The position numbers were made by a program, and so were the translations under genes. The notes under the pieces were generated by a model. That model searched no databases, was not told the DNA's origin, and saw only the letters and a list, made by a program, of their open reading frames with translations. From an uncultured Acidobacteriota bacterium (GTDB lineage: Bacteria > Actinomycetota > Acidimicrobiia > Spongiisociales > ZC4RG35): 24,000 nt of DNA. The stretch is taken from the NCBI GenBank assembly GCA_963843585.1, contig CAWJLJ010000014.1:51299-75298 (forward strand). The letters run 5' to 3'. Positions 13,433 through 20,939 of this stretch are shown in pieces; position 1 is the first letter of the stretch, and every line of letters begins with the position of its first letter.

Positions 13433-14425
13433 TCAGTGGTTAGCGGCCTCCGAACCGGTCACCCAAGCATCGACATCGGCCCACAGGTCGAATAGCCATC
13501 GCAGCCTGGACTTGTTGTCATTGGGAATGGCGCTCCGCGGAACCCGCCAGAACCTCATCTCGACCGTGGTTCCGACCAGGCCGCCCGACCACATGTCCTT
13601 GACCCGGGCAAAGCCCTCCAAACCGCGATGGGCGAGGACGACCACGTCGGCCGCGCTCGCGTCGAGAAGAGCCAGCGTGCCACCCGGCTTCGGGGGAAGC
13701 ACCCGCCGGAAGCCGGCAGCGATCTCCCCGATAGGCCCGCCCTCGTCCACCCAGCGGCGGCTGTACCTGACCCGCTTCTCCTCGCTGTATCGAGTGCCTT
13801 CCGGGTAGATGAGGACGCCCTCATCCGCTGCGAGATTGGTGGCGAGCTCCCTAAGGGCAGCCATCTCGGCCTGCGCCGATCCCCTTCGGTCGATGAAGTA
13901 GTTAGGGAGTCGGTTGCCACCGATGTCCAACGCGGGGTCGATCAAGAGTTCCTTCTTCAGGACGTAGCGCAGCTTGATCCCGTGAGGCTTGACCACGTAG
14001 CGACCGGGGAGCATCGTGTCGATCAGCGACGCGTGGCGGGATAGAAGGAGTATCGGCCCAGGCGGGATGGCGGACATCCCCTCGTCGATGAAGGTCAGGC
14101 CGAAGCTCATCCGCAAGGCGTCGAAGTTCCAGTCGAGCCAGACCTGTTGCGCCCGGTAAGTCCAGTCGATCACCCTGTGCCTGGGAAGCAACCCGACGAT
14201 CGCCAGGGCGAGGATGGCCCAAGCCTCGCCAAGCAGGTAGTACCAGGCGAAAGCGCCCGTCCGCAGCGCCATCGCCGGCGTACGCGCATTCACCCATCGA
14301 GCAGCATCGACCAACGCCCCGAGGGGCAGAAGGATCGGGAGCAGGGTCGTGAACAACACGAGACCCGCATATACGGCCGAGATCGTGATCAGCCGCCTGG
14401 TTGTGTTGGCCAGCAATGATCCCAT
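13433..14425 (-). CDS. PlsC-family (lyso)phospholipid acyltransferase, membrane-anchored
   Basis: 330 aa with N-terminal TM helices, the HX4D motif (SRHASLID) and the EGTR motif (IYPEGTRY). Confidence 0.85.
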   Translation of the reverse strand: MGSLLANTTRRLITISAVYAGLVLFTTLLPILLPLGALVDAARWVNARTPAMALRTGAFAWYYLLGEAWAILALAIVGLLPRHRVIDWTYRAQQVWLDWNFDALRMSFGLTFIDEGMSAIPPGPILLLSRHASLIDTMLPGRYVVKPHGIKLRYVLKKELLIDPALDIGGNRLPNYFIDRRGSAQAEMAALRELATNLAADEGVLIYPEGTRYSEEKRVRYSRRWVDEGGPIGEIAAGFRRVLPPKPGGTLALLDASAADVVVLAHRGLEGFARVKDMWSGGLVGTTVEMRFWRVPRSAIPNDNKSRLRWLFDLWADVDAWVTGSEAANH

Positions 14426-14433
14426 CCGCTGTC

Positions 14434-14462
14434 AATTCGGCGCCGAACAACTAACTGGATGG
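14434..14462 (-). promoter_or_regulatory. Candidate ECF (SigK-like) promoter of the acyltransferase gene: CCATCC-N17-CGAATT, 8 nt from the ATG
   Basis: The minus strand reads CCATCC-agttagttgttcggcgc-CGAATT-gacagcgg-ATG. It contains the 12-bp perfect palindrome TTCGGCGCCGAA. Confidence 0.6.
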
Positions 14463-14512
14463 CTTCTTCGCTCAGCAGGCTCCGGAATCAAGTCGCTCCA
14501 GACGCTGTTTGA

Positions 14513-15721
14513 GTGCAGCTGATGCCGTCCACCATCTTCGTCATCTGGTTTGGAGCCGCCTTTGTTCTGACGGTCAACGCCCTGCGCCGCCCGGTGCAAC
14601 CAGGGAAGGGGATCCCACCCCCGTGGCTGCCCGCCATGATCGTCTCTGAGCTGGCGCCGTGGCTCCTCCTCGTGAGGATGTTGGGAGTCGTGGCGTTCAT
14701 CTGGATCGGGGTCCTGGAGTCGGCGGCAGGCCAGGTGGGGCTGGCGCTCTTCATCCTGTCCGAGCTGGGTTTGCTGATCTTGATCGGGCGAACGCTCGCC
14801 TCCGCCCGCGCCACCGGCCACAACCCCTCCTCGTGGTCACTGTTTCGGATCTGGGACCCCCTGCCCGAGGGAGTCATTGTGATTCCGGAAGTGCACTATT
14901 GGGATGGCCTGACCCTCGATATCTACCGGCGCGCGGAGTCGACTGCGGCGCCCGCCTTGATCTATGTCCACCCGGGCTCTTGGATGAGAGGGCGCCCTGG
15001 GCGCCAGGCCAGGGCGATGTTCCATCTTCTTGCCGTCTCCGGATGGGTGGTCCTCGATATCCGCTACCCACTCTCACCCGCAGCGACGTTCCCGGAGCAT
15101 CTCATCGGCGTGAAACGTGCCATTGCATGGGCCAGGACTGGAGGTGGCGAATACGGGATCGACCCCAATCTGGTCGGCATCTCGGGCGGCTCGTCGGGCG
15201 CCCATCTTGCTGCCCTCGCCGCGCTCACCTGGGACCGGACAGAGCTTCAGCCCGGCTTCGAGGACGCGGATACCAGCGTCATCGGATGCGTGCCCTTCTA
15301 CGGGATCTACGACCTGCTGGTGAGGAACCCGACACGGTTCGACTGGCCCTTCATCGCGCGGTACGTTCTCAAGGCCGACAAGCAAGAGGCCCCAGACCTC
15401 TATCGACTGGGATCGCCCATCGATCAGGCCCGCGGTGACACGCCCCCCTTCCTCGTGATCCACGGAGAGTTCGACTCCGTCGTCCTACCGGAGGAATCAC
15501 GCCACTTTGTGGCCGCCCTCGAGAGGGTCGGGGGGCGAGTCGAGTATCACGAGATCCTGGGAGCCCAGCATGGCTTCGATGCCGTGGCATCGCTGCGCTC
15601 CAGAGCCGTGGGGCGAATGGCCGCCGAGTGGCTCGGAGGGATCGTGTCGGAGATATCCAATAGAGGTCATCCGTCTCCAGAAGCGACTCTGAATGCAACG
15701 CCGGAGGCCCATCAGGCCTGA
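14513..15721 (+). CDS. Membrane-anchored alpha/beta-hydrolase (esterase/lipase, fold-3 / ICME-like)
   Basis: About 4 N-terminal TM helices, then LDIYRR..PALIYVHPGSW, the nucleophile elbow GGSSG, and the Asp/His candidates HGEFDSVV and GAQHGFD. The start may be GTG 14513 or ATG 14522. Confidence 0.85.
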   Translation: MQLMPSTIFVIWFGAAFVLTVNALRRPVQPGKGIPPPWLPAMIVSELAPWLLLVRMLGVVAFIWIGVLESAAGQVGLALFILSELGLLILIGRTLASARATGHNPSSWSLFRIWDPLPEGVIVIPEVHYWDGLTLDIYRRAESTAAPALIYVHPGSWMRGRPGRQARAMFHLLAVSGWVVLDIRYPLSPAATFPEHLIGVKRAIAWARTGGGEYGIDPNLVGISGGSSGAHLAALAALTWDRTELQPGFEDADTSVIGCVPFYGIYDLLVRNPTRFDWPFIARYVLKADKQEAPDLYRLGSPIDQARGDTPPFLVIHGEFDSVVLPEESRHFVAALERVGGRVEYHEILGAQHGFDAVASLRSRAVGRMAAEWLGGIVSEISNRGHPSPEATLNATPEAHQA

Positions 15722-16443
15722 GTGGCCACCGCCACGACATCGCCTTCACTGATGACCACTCCGCCGGCAACCTCCCGGGTCAGGGCGAACCCCGAAACGT
15801 CACCGGTCCACGTGAAGGTCGAGGCGCGAGGCTCGTTGCCTAGTACGCCACCGGAAATCACCTGCTCGTCGGTGGTGATCACCCACAGCTGATAGGTGCG
15901 CTGAGGCATCAGGGGCTCGAGATCCTCGGTGGGAACGACGAAGCCGTGGCCATCCTCGGTGAGAATCACCTGCGCAACGGAGGAGCCGTCGACCAGGAAA
16001 TCGCCGACGTAGGCACCGCTGCTGGAGGCCGCTTGCTCGGCCGCGGCGATCACTGCCGAGTCGCCCGTCAGATCGTGGAGTAACGACCTCTGAGCCAGGG
16101 CTATACCGGCGAAGACAAGGGCGGCCACGGCGGCGATTGCGGTCAGCAAGGTCACAGCTCTGGTTCTCCGTGGCTGCCCTTCTTCGAGATCGATGACCTC
16201 GGCGGCCCGGCCGAGTGGGATGTCCGCCCCGTTTCCGATAGCCGAGGCGATCCTGTCCCATCCATGGGTCGGCGTGGGTTCGTCCGGGACCAATTTCGAC
16301 GTCACGGCCGAGTACCGGGCCAGTTCGCGAAGACAGGCGTCACATGAGTGGAGGTGAGTCATCACCGCCTGGAGCTCATTCCCCTCCAGGCTGTCGAGGG
16401 CATAGAGCGGGACCAGTTCGTGGAGGAGGCTGTGGTTCGTCAT
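15712..16443 (-). CDS. rskA: Anti-sigma factor, RskA-like, with an N-terminal zinc-binding (ZAS) HxxxCxxC motif
   Basis: Its start overlaps the sigma gene stop as ATGA. It has H-LHS-C-DA-C (ZAS motif), one central TM helix (LLTAIAAVAALVFAGIALA), and an extracytoplasmic RskA-type domain (RTYQLWVITTDEQVISGGVL). Confidence 0.82.
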   Translation of the reverse strand: MTNHSLLHELVPLYALDSLEGNELQAVMTHLHSCDACLRELARYSAVTSKLVPDEPTPTHGWDRIASAIGNGADIPLGRAAEVIDLEEGQPRRTRAVTLLTAIAAVAALVFAGIALAQRSLLHDLTGDSAVIAAAEQAASSSGAYVGDFLVDGSSVAQVILTEDGHGFVVPTEDLEPLMPQRTYQLWVITTDEQVISGGVLGNEPRASTFTWTGDVSGFALTREVAGGVVISEGDVVAVATQA

Positions 16444-16988
16444 GCTGTCGCTCCCGACAGCGAGACCGCCAGCTTCTTCATGCCGCTGCGGATTCGGCTC
16501 TTCACAGTTCCCTCGGGCTCGCCCAGCCTCTTGGCCACCTCCACGTAGCTGAGCCCACCGAAATAGGCCAGAGAGATCGCCTCCCGTTCGCTTTCGGCGA
16601 GATCGTCGAGGGCCTTGCGCACCAACTCGGACAGGTTCCGGGTCCAGACCTCGTCAGCGACGTCGTAATGATCCGGATCTGGCGGCTTCTCTTCCCTACG
16701 GGCTCGGGCCACCTCGGATCTCACAATGTCCACTGCCCTGCGATGAGCGATGGTGAGCAGGAAGGTGCGCAATGAGCCGCGCCCGGGGTCGTACTTCTCC
16801 GGCGCGTTCCAGAAACCCACGAACGTGTCCTGCACGACATCATCTGCCAAAGCCTCGTCTCTCAACACCCGGAGAGCGATGGCCTTGACTGCGCCGCCGT
16901 ACTGCTGGAAGAGAGCTTCGAGCGCGGATTGGTCGCGGCTGGCAACTCTCTCCGCAAGAAGGGCATCCGGGGTGTTCGAGTCGCTCAT
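16440..16988 (-). CDS. sigK: ECF sigma-70 family factor, SigK-like
   Basis: Region 2 is DDVVQDTFVGFW and region 4 is LAYFGGLSYVEVAKRLGEPEGTVKSRIRSGMKKL. It is co-transcribed with the rskA-like gene. The preferred start is ATG 16988 (MSDSNTPD...). An upstream in-frame ATG at 17072 lies 10 nt after the candidate -10 and could be a leaderless start. Confidence 0.85.
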   Translation of the reverse strand: MSDSNTPDALLAERVASRDQSALEALFQQYGGAVKAIALRVLRDEALADDVVQDTFVGFWNAPEKYDPGRGSLRTFLLTIAHRRAVDIVRSEVARARREEKPPDPDHYDVADEVWTRNLSELVRKALDDLAESEREAISLAYFGGLSYVEVAKRLGEPEGTVKSRIRSGMKKLAVSLSGATA

Positions 16989-17082
16989 CGACCTGCCGGC
17001 GGACACATGAACCGGGGATGTTAGGTAGGCCCCATTCCGGTAACGCCCTGGCTGCAAGCGAGCTGACTCCATCTACAACACC

Positions 17083-17110
17083 TATTCGTCACCGCCCCGA
17101 GCCCTGGATG
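17083..17110 (-). promoter_or_regulatory. Candidate autoregulatory ECF promoter of sigK-rskA: CATCC-N17-CGAATA
   Basis: The minus strand reads tCATCC-agggctcggggcggtga-CGAATA. It lies back-to-back with the plus-strand copy at 17122-17150, with the two -35 elements 11 nt apart. Confidence 0.6.
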
Positions 17111-17121
17111 AGACAGCCGAC

Positions 17122-17150
17122 CCATCCGGTCTGCTGTTCGGCGACGAATA
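17122..17150 (+). promoter_or_regulatory. Candidate ECF promoter of the oxidoreductase-DUF1365-CFA synthase operon: CCATCC-N17-CGAATA, 6 nt from the ATG
   Basis: CCATCC-ggtctgctgttcggcga-CGAATA-cgcggc-ATG(17157). There is no SD, and it shares GTTCGGCG(A/C)CGAAT with the sites at 14434 and 23605. Confidence 0.62.
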
Positions 17151-17156
17151 CGCGGC

Positions 17157-18467
17157 ATGGGACAGAGAATCGCGATCGTCGGAACGGGCATCTCCGGTCT
17201 CGGCGCCGCCTGGGCCTTGCATCGGGACAATGACATCACGGTCTTCGAGGCGGACAATCGGATAGGCGGCCATTCGAATACCGTCGATGTCGAGACCCCC
17301 GATGGTCCTCTGGCGGTCGACACCGGATTCATCGTTTACAACGAGGTCACCTACCCCAACCTGACCCGCCTCTTCTCGTCGCTCGGCGTATCCACCGAAA
17401 TGAGTGACATGTCGTTTGCCTTCTCCCTGGACCGCCAGTTCGAGTACGGGGCGAGCCTGAGTGGGGTTTTGGCCGAGCCGGGCAACCTCCTCAGCCCGAG
17501 GTTCCTCCGGATGCTTCGAGACATAAGTCGATTCCGCCGCATCGGGACCATGCTGGAGCCGGCGGGCGACGAGAACATCGGCGAACTCCTCGAACGGTAC
17601 GGCTTCTCCCAAGGCTTCCTCGATGACTACCTCTACCCCATGACCGGTGCGATCTGGTCGGCTCAGCGATCGAATATCAGCATGTTCCCCGCTGCGTCGA
17701 TTCTCCGCTTTCTGGCCAACCACGGATTGATCGAGATCGTGGGGCGGCCCAGGTGGCGGACTGTGACCGGTGGGAGCCGGAGCTATGTCAATCGACTTGT
17801 GAGGCCCTTTGCCGACCGAATCAGAACGAACTCGCCCGTGAATCGCATCGTCCGCCTCGGCGGTGAGGTGCTGGTCGAGTCCAATGGGCAGACGCAGTCG
17901 TTCGAACAGATCATCTTCGCCACCCACCCCGATCAGGCTCTGGCCATCCTCGGTGAGGACGCCACCGATACCGAGGGCGCCGTACTCGGTGCCATGCGGT
18001 ATGAGTCGAACGTCGCCGTCCTCCATAGCGACTCGAGCCTGATGCCCCGGAACCGCAGGGTTTGGTCCAGCTGGAATGCGATGGCGGAGGAAGCCGGCCG
18101 CCGTCACCAGGTGGCCTCGGTGACCTACTGGATGAACCGCCTCCAGAACCTCAACCCCTCGTACCCCTTGTTCGTCTCCCTCAATCCGTTGCGGGAGCCG
18201 GATCCAGGCCAGGTTCACGCTCGTTTCGCATACGCCCACCCACAGTTCGATCTCGAATCGGTGGCGGCACAACAGGGTCTCGCCGCGATCCAGGGCCTGA
18301 GCAACACCTGGTTCGCCGGGGCCTACCTCGGCTACGGCTTCCACGAGGACGGGCTCCAGTCAGGTCTCAACGTGGCAGCGGCCCTCGGCTCCCCGGTGCC
18401 ATGGCACGGCACTTTCGAACCAGTTAGCTCGGCCCCGTCCTTCACGGGGAGGGTGGTGGTCCCTTGA
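17157..18467 (+). CDS. FAD/NAD(P)-binding amine-oxidase-family oxidoreductase (Rv0449c-like)
   Basis: 436 aa with an N-terminal Rossmann motif RIAIVGTGISGLGAAW...VFEA..RIGGH. The size and context match the flavin oxidoreductase that accompanies DUF1365 and CFA-synthase genes. Confidence 0.85.
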   Translation: MGQRIAIVGTGISGLGAAWALHRDNDITVFEADNRIGGHSNTVDVETPDGPLAVDTGFIVYNEVTYPNLTRLFSSLGVSTEMSDMSFAFSLDRQFEYGASLSGVLAEPGNLLSPRFLRMLRDISRFRRIGTMLEPAGDENIGELLERYGFSQGFLDDYLYPMTGAIWSAQRSNISMFPAASILRFLANHGLIEIVGRPRWRTVTGGSRSYVNRLVRPFADRIRTNSPVNRIVRLGGEVLVESNGQTQSFEQIIFATHPDQALAILGEDATDTEGAVLGAMRYESNVAVLHSDSSLMPRNRRVWSSWNAMAEEAGRRHQVASVTYWMNRLQNLNPSYPLFVSLNPLREPDPGQVHARFAYAHPQFDLESVAAQQGLAAIQGLSNTWFAGAYLGYGFHEDGLQSGLNVAAALGSPVPWHGTFEPVSSAPSFTGRVVVP

Positions 18468-19246
18468 GGCCGTTACGGTCTGCCCTCTACCAGGGCCGGG
18501 TGCGCCACACCCGGCTCCAGCCCTTTCATCACGATTTCGAGTACCGGGTCTTCTACGGGCTATTCGATATCGACGAGCTCGACTACCTCGACCGGGGACT
18601 CAGGCTCTTCTCAGTCGGAAGACGCAACCTGGCGAGCTTCTACCCCCAGGACCATGGCCCCGTCGACGGGAGCTCTCTTCGAGCCTGGGCCGAAGACGTC
18701 CTCGCAGAGGCGGGTGTCGACATCGACGGCGGAAGGATCGAGCTGCTCGCCTTCCCCCGGATCCTCGGCTACGCCTTCAACCCGTTGAGCGTCTGGTACT
18801 GCTACGGGAGCGAAGGCAATCTCAAAGGAGTCCTCCACGAGGTGCGGAACACGTTCGGTGACCGCCACGTGTACGTGGTGCCCGTCAATGATGAGACGGC
18901 GTACCGACACAGCTTCGCCAAGGCGATGCACGTATCCCCTTTCAATCCGATGGAGCAGACCTACCACTTCACGGTCAACCGGCCCGGGAAGCGGCTTCAA
19001 GTGGCGATCGAGCAGACCGACGAAAGGGGCAAGGTGTTCCGGGCGGGGATGAGGCTCTCACGGATTCCCTTGACCGACCGCAATCTGCTCAGGGTCTTCT
19101 TCACTCACCCCCTGGTGACGATGAAGGTCATCGCAGGGATCCACTGGCAAGCCCTGCGGCTCTGGCTCAAGGGCGCCACCTATCGGAAACGCCCTCGGCC
19201 CCCCGCCGATAGCATCACGATCGTGGACCCGAGCATGGTCGGATGA
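18464..19246 (+). CDS. DUF1365-family protein
   Basis: 260 aa. Its TTG start overlaps the previous stop as TTGA. The motifs SALYQGRVRHTR..P..H.F.YRVFY and FPRILGYAFNPLSVWYCY are typical of DUF1365. Confidence 0.8.
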   Translation: MRPLRSALYQGRVRHTRLQPFHHDFEYRVFYGLFDIDELDYLDRGLRLFSVGRRNLASFYPQDHGPVDGSSLRAWAEDVLAEAGVDIDGGRIELLAFPRILGYAFNPLSVWYCYGSEGNLKGVLHEVRNTFGDRHVYVVPVNDETAYRHSFAKAMHVSPFNPMEQTYHFTVNRPGKRLQVAIEQTDERGKVFRAGMRLSRIPLTDRNLLRVFFTHPLVTMKVIAGIHWQALRLWLKGATYRKRPRPPADSITIVDPSMVG

Positions 19247-20409
19247 AGGCCCGGGAGCGGCTAGGTCTCCGCGTCTTCTCCTGGCTGGCACGTGCAGGGA
19301 GCATCCAGGTGACGCTTCCCACCGGGGAGACGGTATCGATCGGCCACGGGTCGCCCGGCGCCGACGTCGAGATCACGGACTATTCGGCCGTGGCCGACAT
19401 CCTCCGCACCGGCCTCACCGGATTCGCGGAGGCGCATATGGACGGGCGGATCGAGACCTCGGACCTTCCCGCCCTGCTCCGCTGGGGCGTAGCCAACCAA
19501 GCCGCCTGGTTCGAGCACCCCCTGGCCCGTCTGACGCTGCCCTTCCGGAGGCTGTGGCAGCGGATCCGTCCCGAGAGACGGCACCCGCGAGTGCGAAGCA
19601 TGAACGATCATTACAACCTCGGAAACGACTTCTACGAGAAGTGGCTCGACGAAACGATGACCTACTCCTCCGCCCGTTTCCTCGACCCCGACCAACCGCT
19701 GTCGGGAGCCCAGATGAACAAGTACCGGCTGATCGCGGACAAGGCTGGCTTGGCGCCCGGGATGCGGGTACTCGAGATCGGATGCGGTTGGGGAGGATTC
19801 GCCGAATACGCAGCCTCGGAAAGAGGCTGTGAGGTCACCGCAATCACCTTATCCAAGGAGCAGGCGTCCTACGCCGAGAAGCGGATCGCCGAGCGCGGCC
19901 TGGCCGACAAGGTCGAGATCCGGCTCGCCGACTTCAGGGACATCACCGGCGAATTTGACGCAGTCGTCTCCATCGAGATGATCGAATCGGTCGACGAGAC
20001 CCATTGGCCGGCCCTGTTCGAGATGATCGCCGACCGCCTCAAGCCAGAGGCGCGGGCTGCGATGCAGATCATCACGATCAGAGACGACGAGTGGGAGCGC
20101 TACCGATCCAGGGCCGACTTCATACAGCAGTACATCTTCCCCGGGGGACAGATCCCGGCGCCCAAGGTCCTCAAGGCGTTCGCCGGCAAGGCCCGTCTGG
20201 ACGTGGAGCAAATCGAGACCTTCGGCCTCGACTACGCGCGAACCCTGGCGGCTTGGCGGGACCGCTTCCTGGAGGCGTGGCCGGTGCTCCAGGTTGAACA
20301 CGACCTCGACGAGCGTTTCCGCCGCATGTGGGAGCTGTACCTCGCCCTTTGCGAGGCGGGGTTCCGCATGGGGCGGATCAACGTCGAGCAGTGGGTATTC
20401 GCCCGCTGA
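19243..20409 (+). CDS. Cyclopropane-fatty-acyl-phospholipid synthase-family SAM-dependent methyltransferase
   Basis: Its ATG overlaps the previous stop as ATGA. It has HYNLGNDFYEKWLDETMTYSSA, the SAM motif VLEIGCGWGGFA, DAVVSIEMIE, FIQQYIFPGG and YLALCEAGF. Confidence 0.88.
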   Translation: MKARERLGLRVFSWLARAGSIQVTLPTGETVSIGHGSPGADVEITDYSAVADILRTGLTGFAEAHMDGRIETSDLPALLRWGVANQAAWFEHPLARLTLPFRRLWQRIRPERRHPRVRSMNDHYNLGNDFYEKWLDETMTYSSARFLDPDQPLSGAQMNKYRLIADKAGLAPGMRVLEIGCGWGGFAEYAASERGCEVTAITLSKEQASYAEKRIAERGLADKVEIRLADFRDITGEFDAVVSIEMIESVDETHWPALFEMIADRLKPEARAAMQIITIRDDEWERYRSRADFIQQYIFPGGQIPAPKVLKAFAGKARLDVEQIETFGLDYARTLAAWRDRFLEAWPVLQVEHDLDERFRRMWELYLALCEAGFRMGRINVEQWVFAR

Positions 20410-20453
20410 TAGATCTCCTCCGGCTCCTTCGCCCAGGTTCCTGACCCGGATCT

Positions 20454-20481
20454 CATCTGAATCACTCGACCGCTCCGAAGC
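20454..20481 (+). promoter_or_regulatory. Weaker match to the ECF motif: CATCT-N17-CGAAGC, upstream of the 20535 gene
   Basis: tCATCT-gaatcactcgaccgctc-CGAAGC, 53 nt before ATG 20535, which has its own SD gaaggag. There is one mismatch in the -35 and the -10 is degenerate. Confidence 0.3.
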
Positions 20482-20534
20482 ACGGGTGAAGCAAGCGACC
20501 ACTCAAGACGGTCGTAAGACAGAAGGAGATCTAA

Positions 20535-20939
20535 ATGCGCAAGCTGATGCTTCTCATGGCCGTGATGGTGGTGGCGATACTGCCGGCCACGGCCGCAATG
20601 GCCCAGTCGGACGAGGGTCAGGTCATCGTGGTTCACGGTGTTCCCGATCTGGACGTCGACGTGTACGTCAACGGTGAGCTCACCCTCGAGGGCTTTCAGT
20701 TCGGCGATGTAGCCGGTCCGCTGGACCTGCCCGCCGGCACCTACGAGATCGAGATATTCGCCGCCCTCTACCCGAAGGAAGAGCTGCCCCTGGACGCTAT
20801 CTTCTCCAAGGAGGGGCCTCCGGTGCTGACACTCATTACGTGCGGCGGCGGCTTTGATCCAGGCGTCGCTCGCTACGACAGCAACGTCGTCGTCTACGCC
20901 ACGCCAGCTGTCGACCTCCCGGCTTCTTTGATCGGGTGA
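20535..20939 (+). CDS. Secreted chimeric protein: signal peptide plus DUF4397-like N-terminal half fused to a sortase (class F-like) C-terminal tail
   Basis: Signal peptide MRKLMLLMAVMVVAILPATAAMA. The segment VIVVHGVPDLDVDVYVNG...LPAGTYEIEI is DUF4397-like. The segment LPLDAIFSKEGPPVLTLITCGGGFDPGVARYDSNVVVYATP is a sortase C-terminus with the TLxTC Cys and a downstream Arg, but there is no His-bearing sortase core. Confidence 0.6.
   Translation: MRKLMLLMAVMVVAILPATAAMAQSDEGQVIVVHGVPDLDVDVYVNGELTLEGFQFGDVAGPLDLPAGTYEIEIFAALYPKEELPLDAIFSKEGPPVLTLITCGGGFDPGVARYDSNVVVYATPAVDLPASLIG

Noticed and set aside
14423-14449. Mirror-image plus-strand motifs CATCC-N16-CGAACA (14423-14449, facing the alpha/beta-hydrolase gene) and CATCC-N16-CGAACC (23594-23620, facing no gene).
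   Set aside because: Both arise from the palindromic TTCGGCGCCGAA plus the GGATG context of the minus-strand start codons. The spacer is 16 nt rather than 17, and one copy has no downstream gene. The 14423 copy could still be the hydrolase promoter, so this is left unresolved rather than called.
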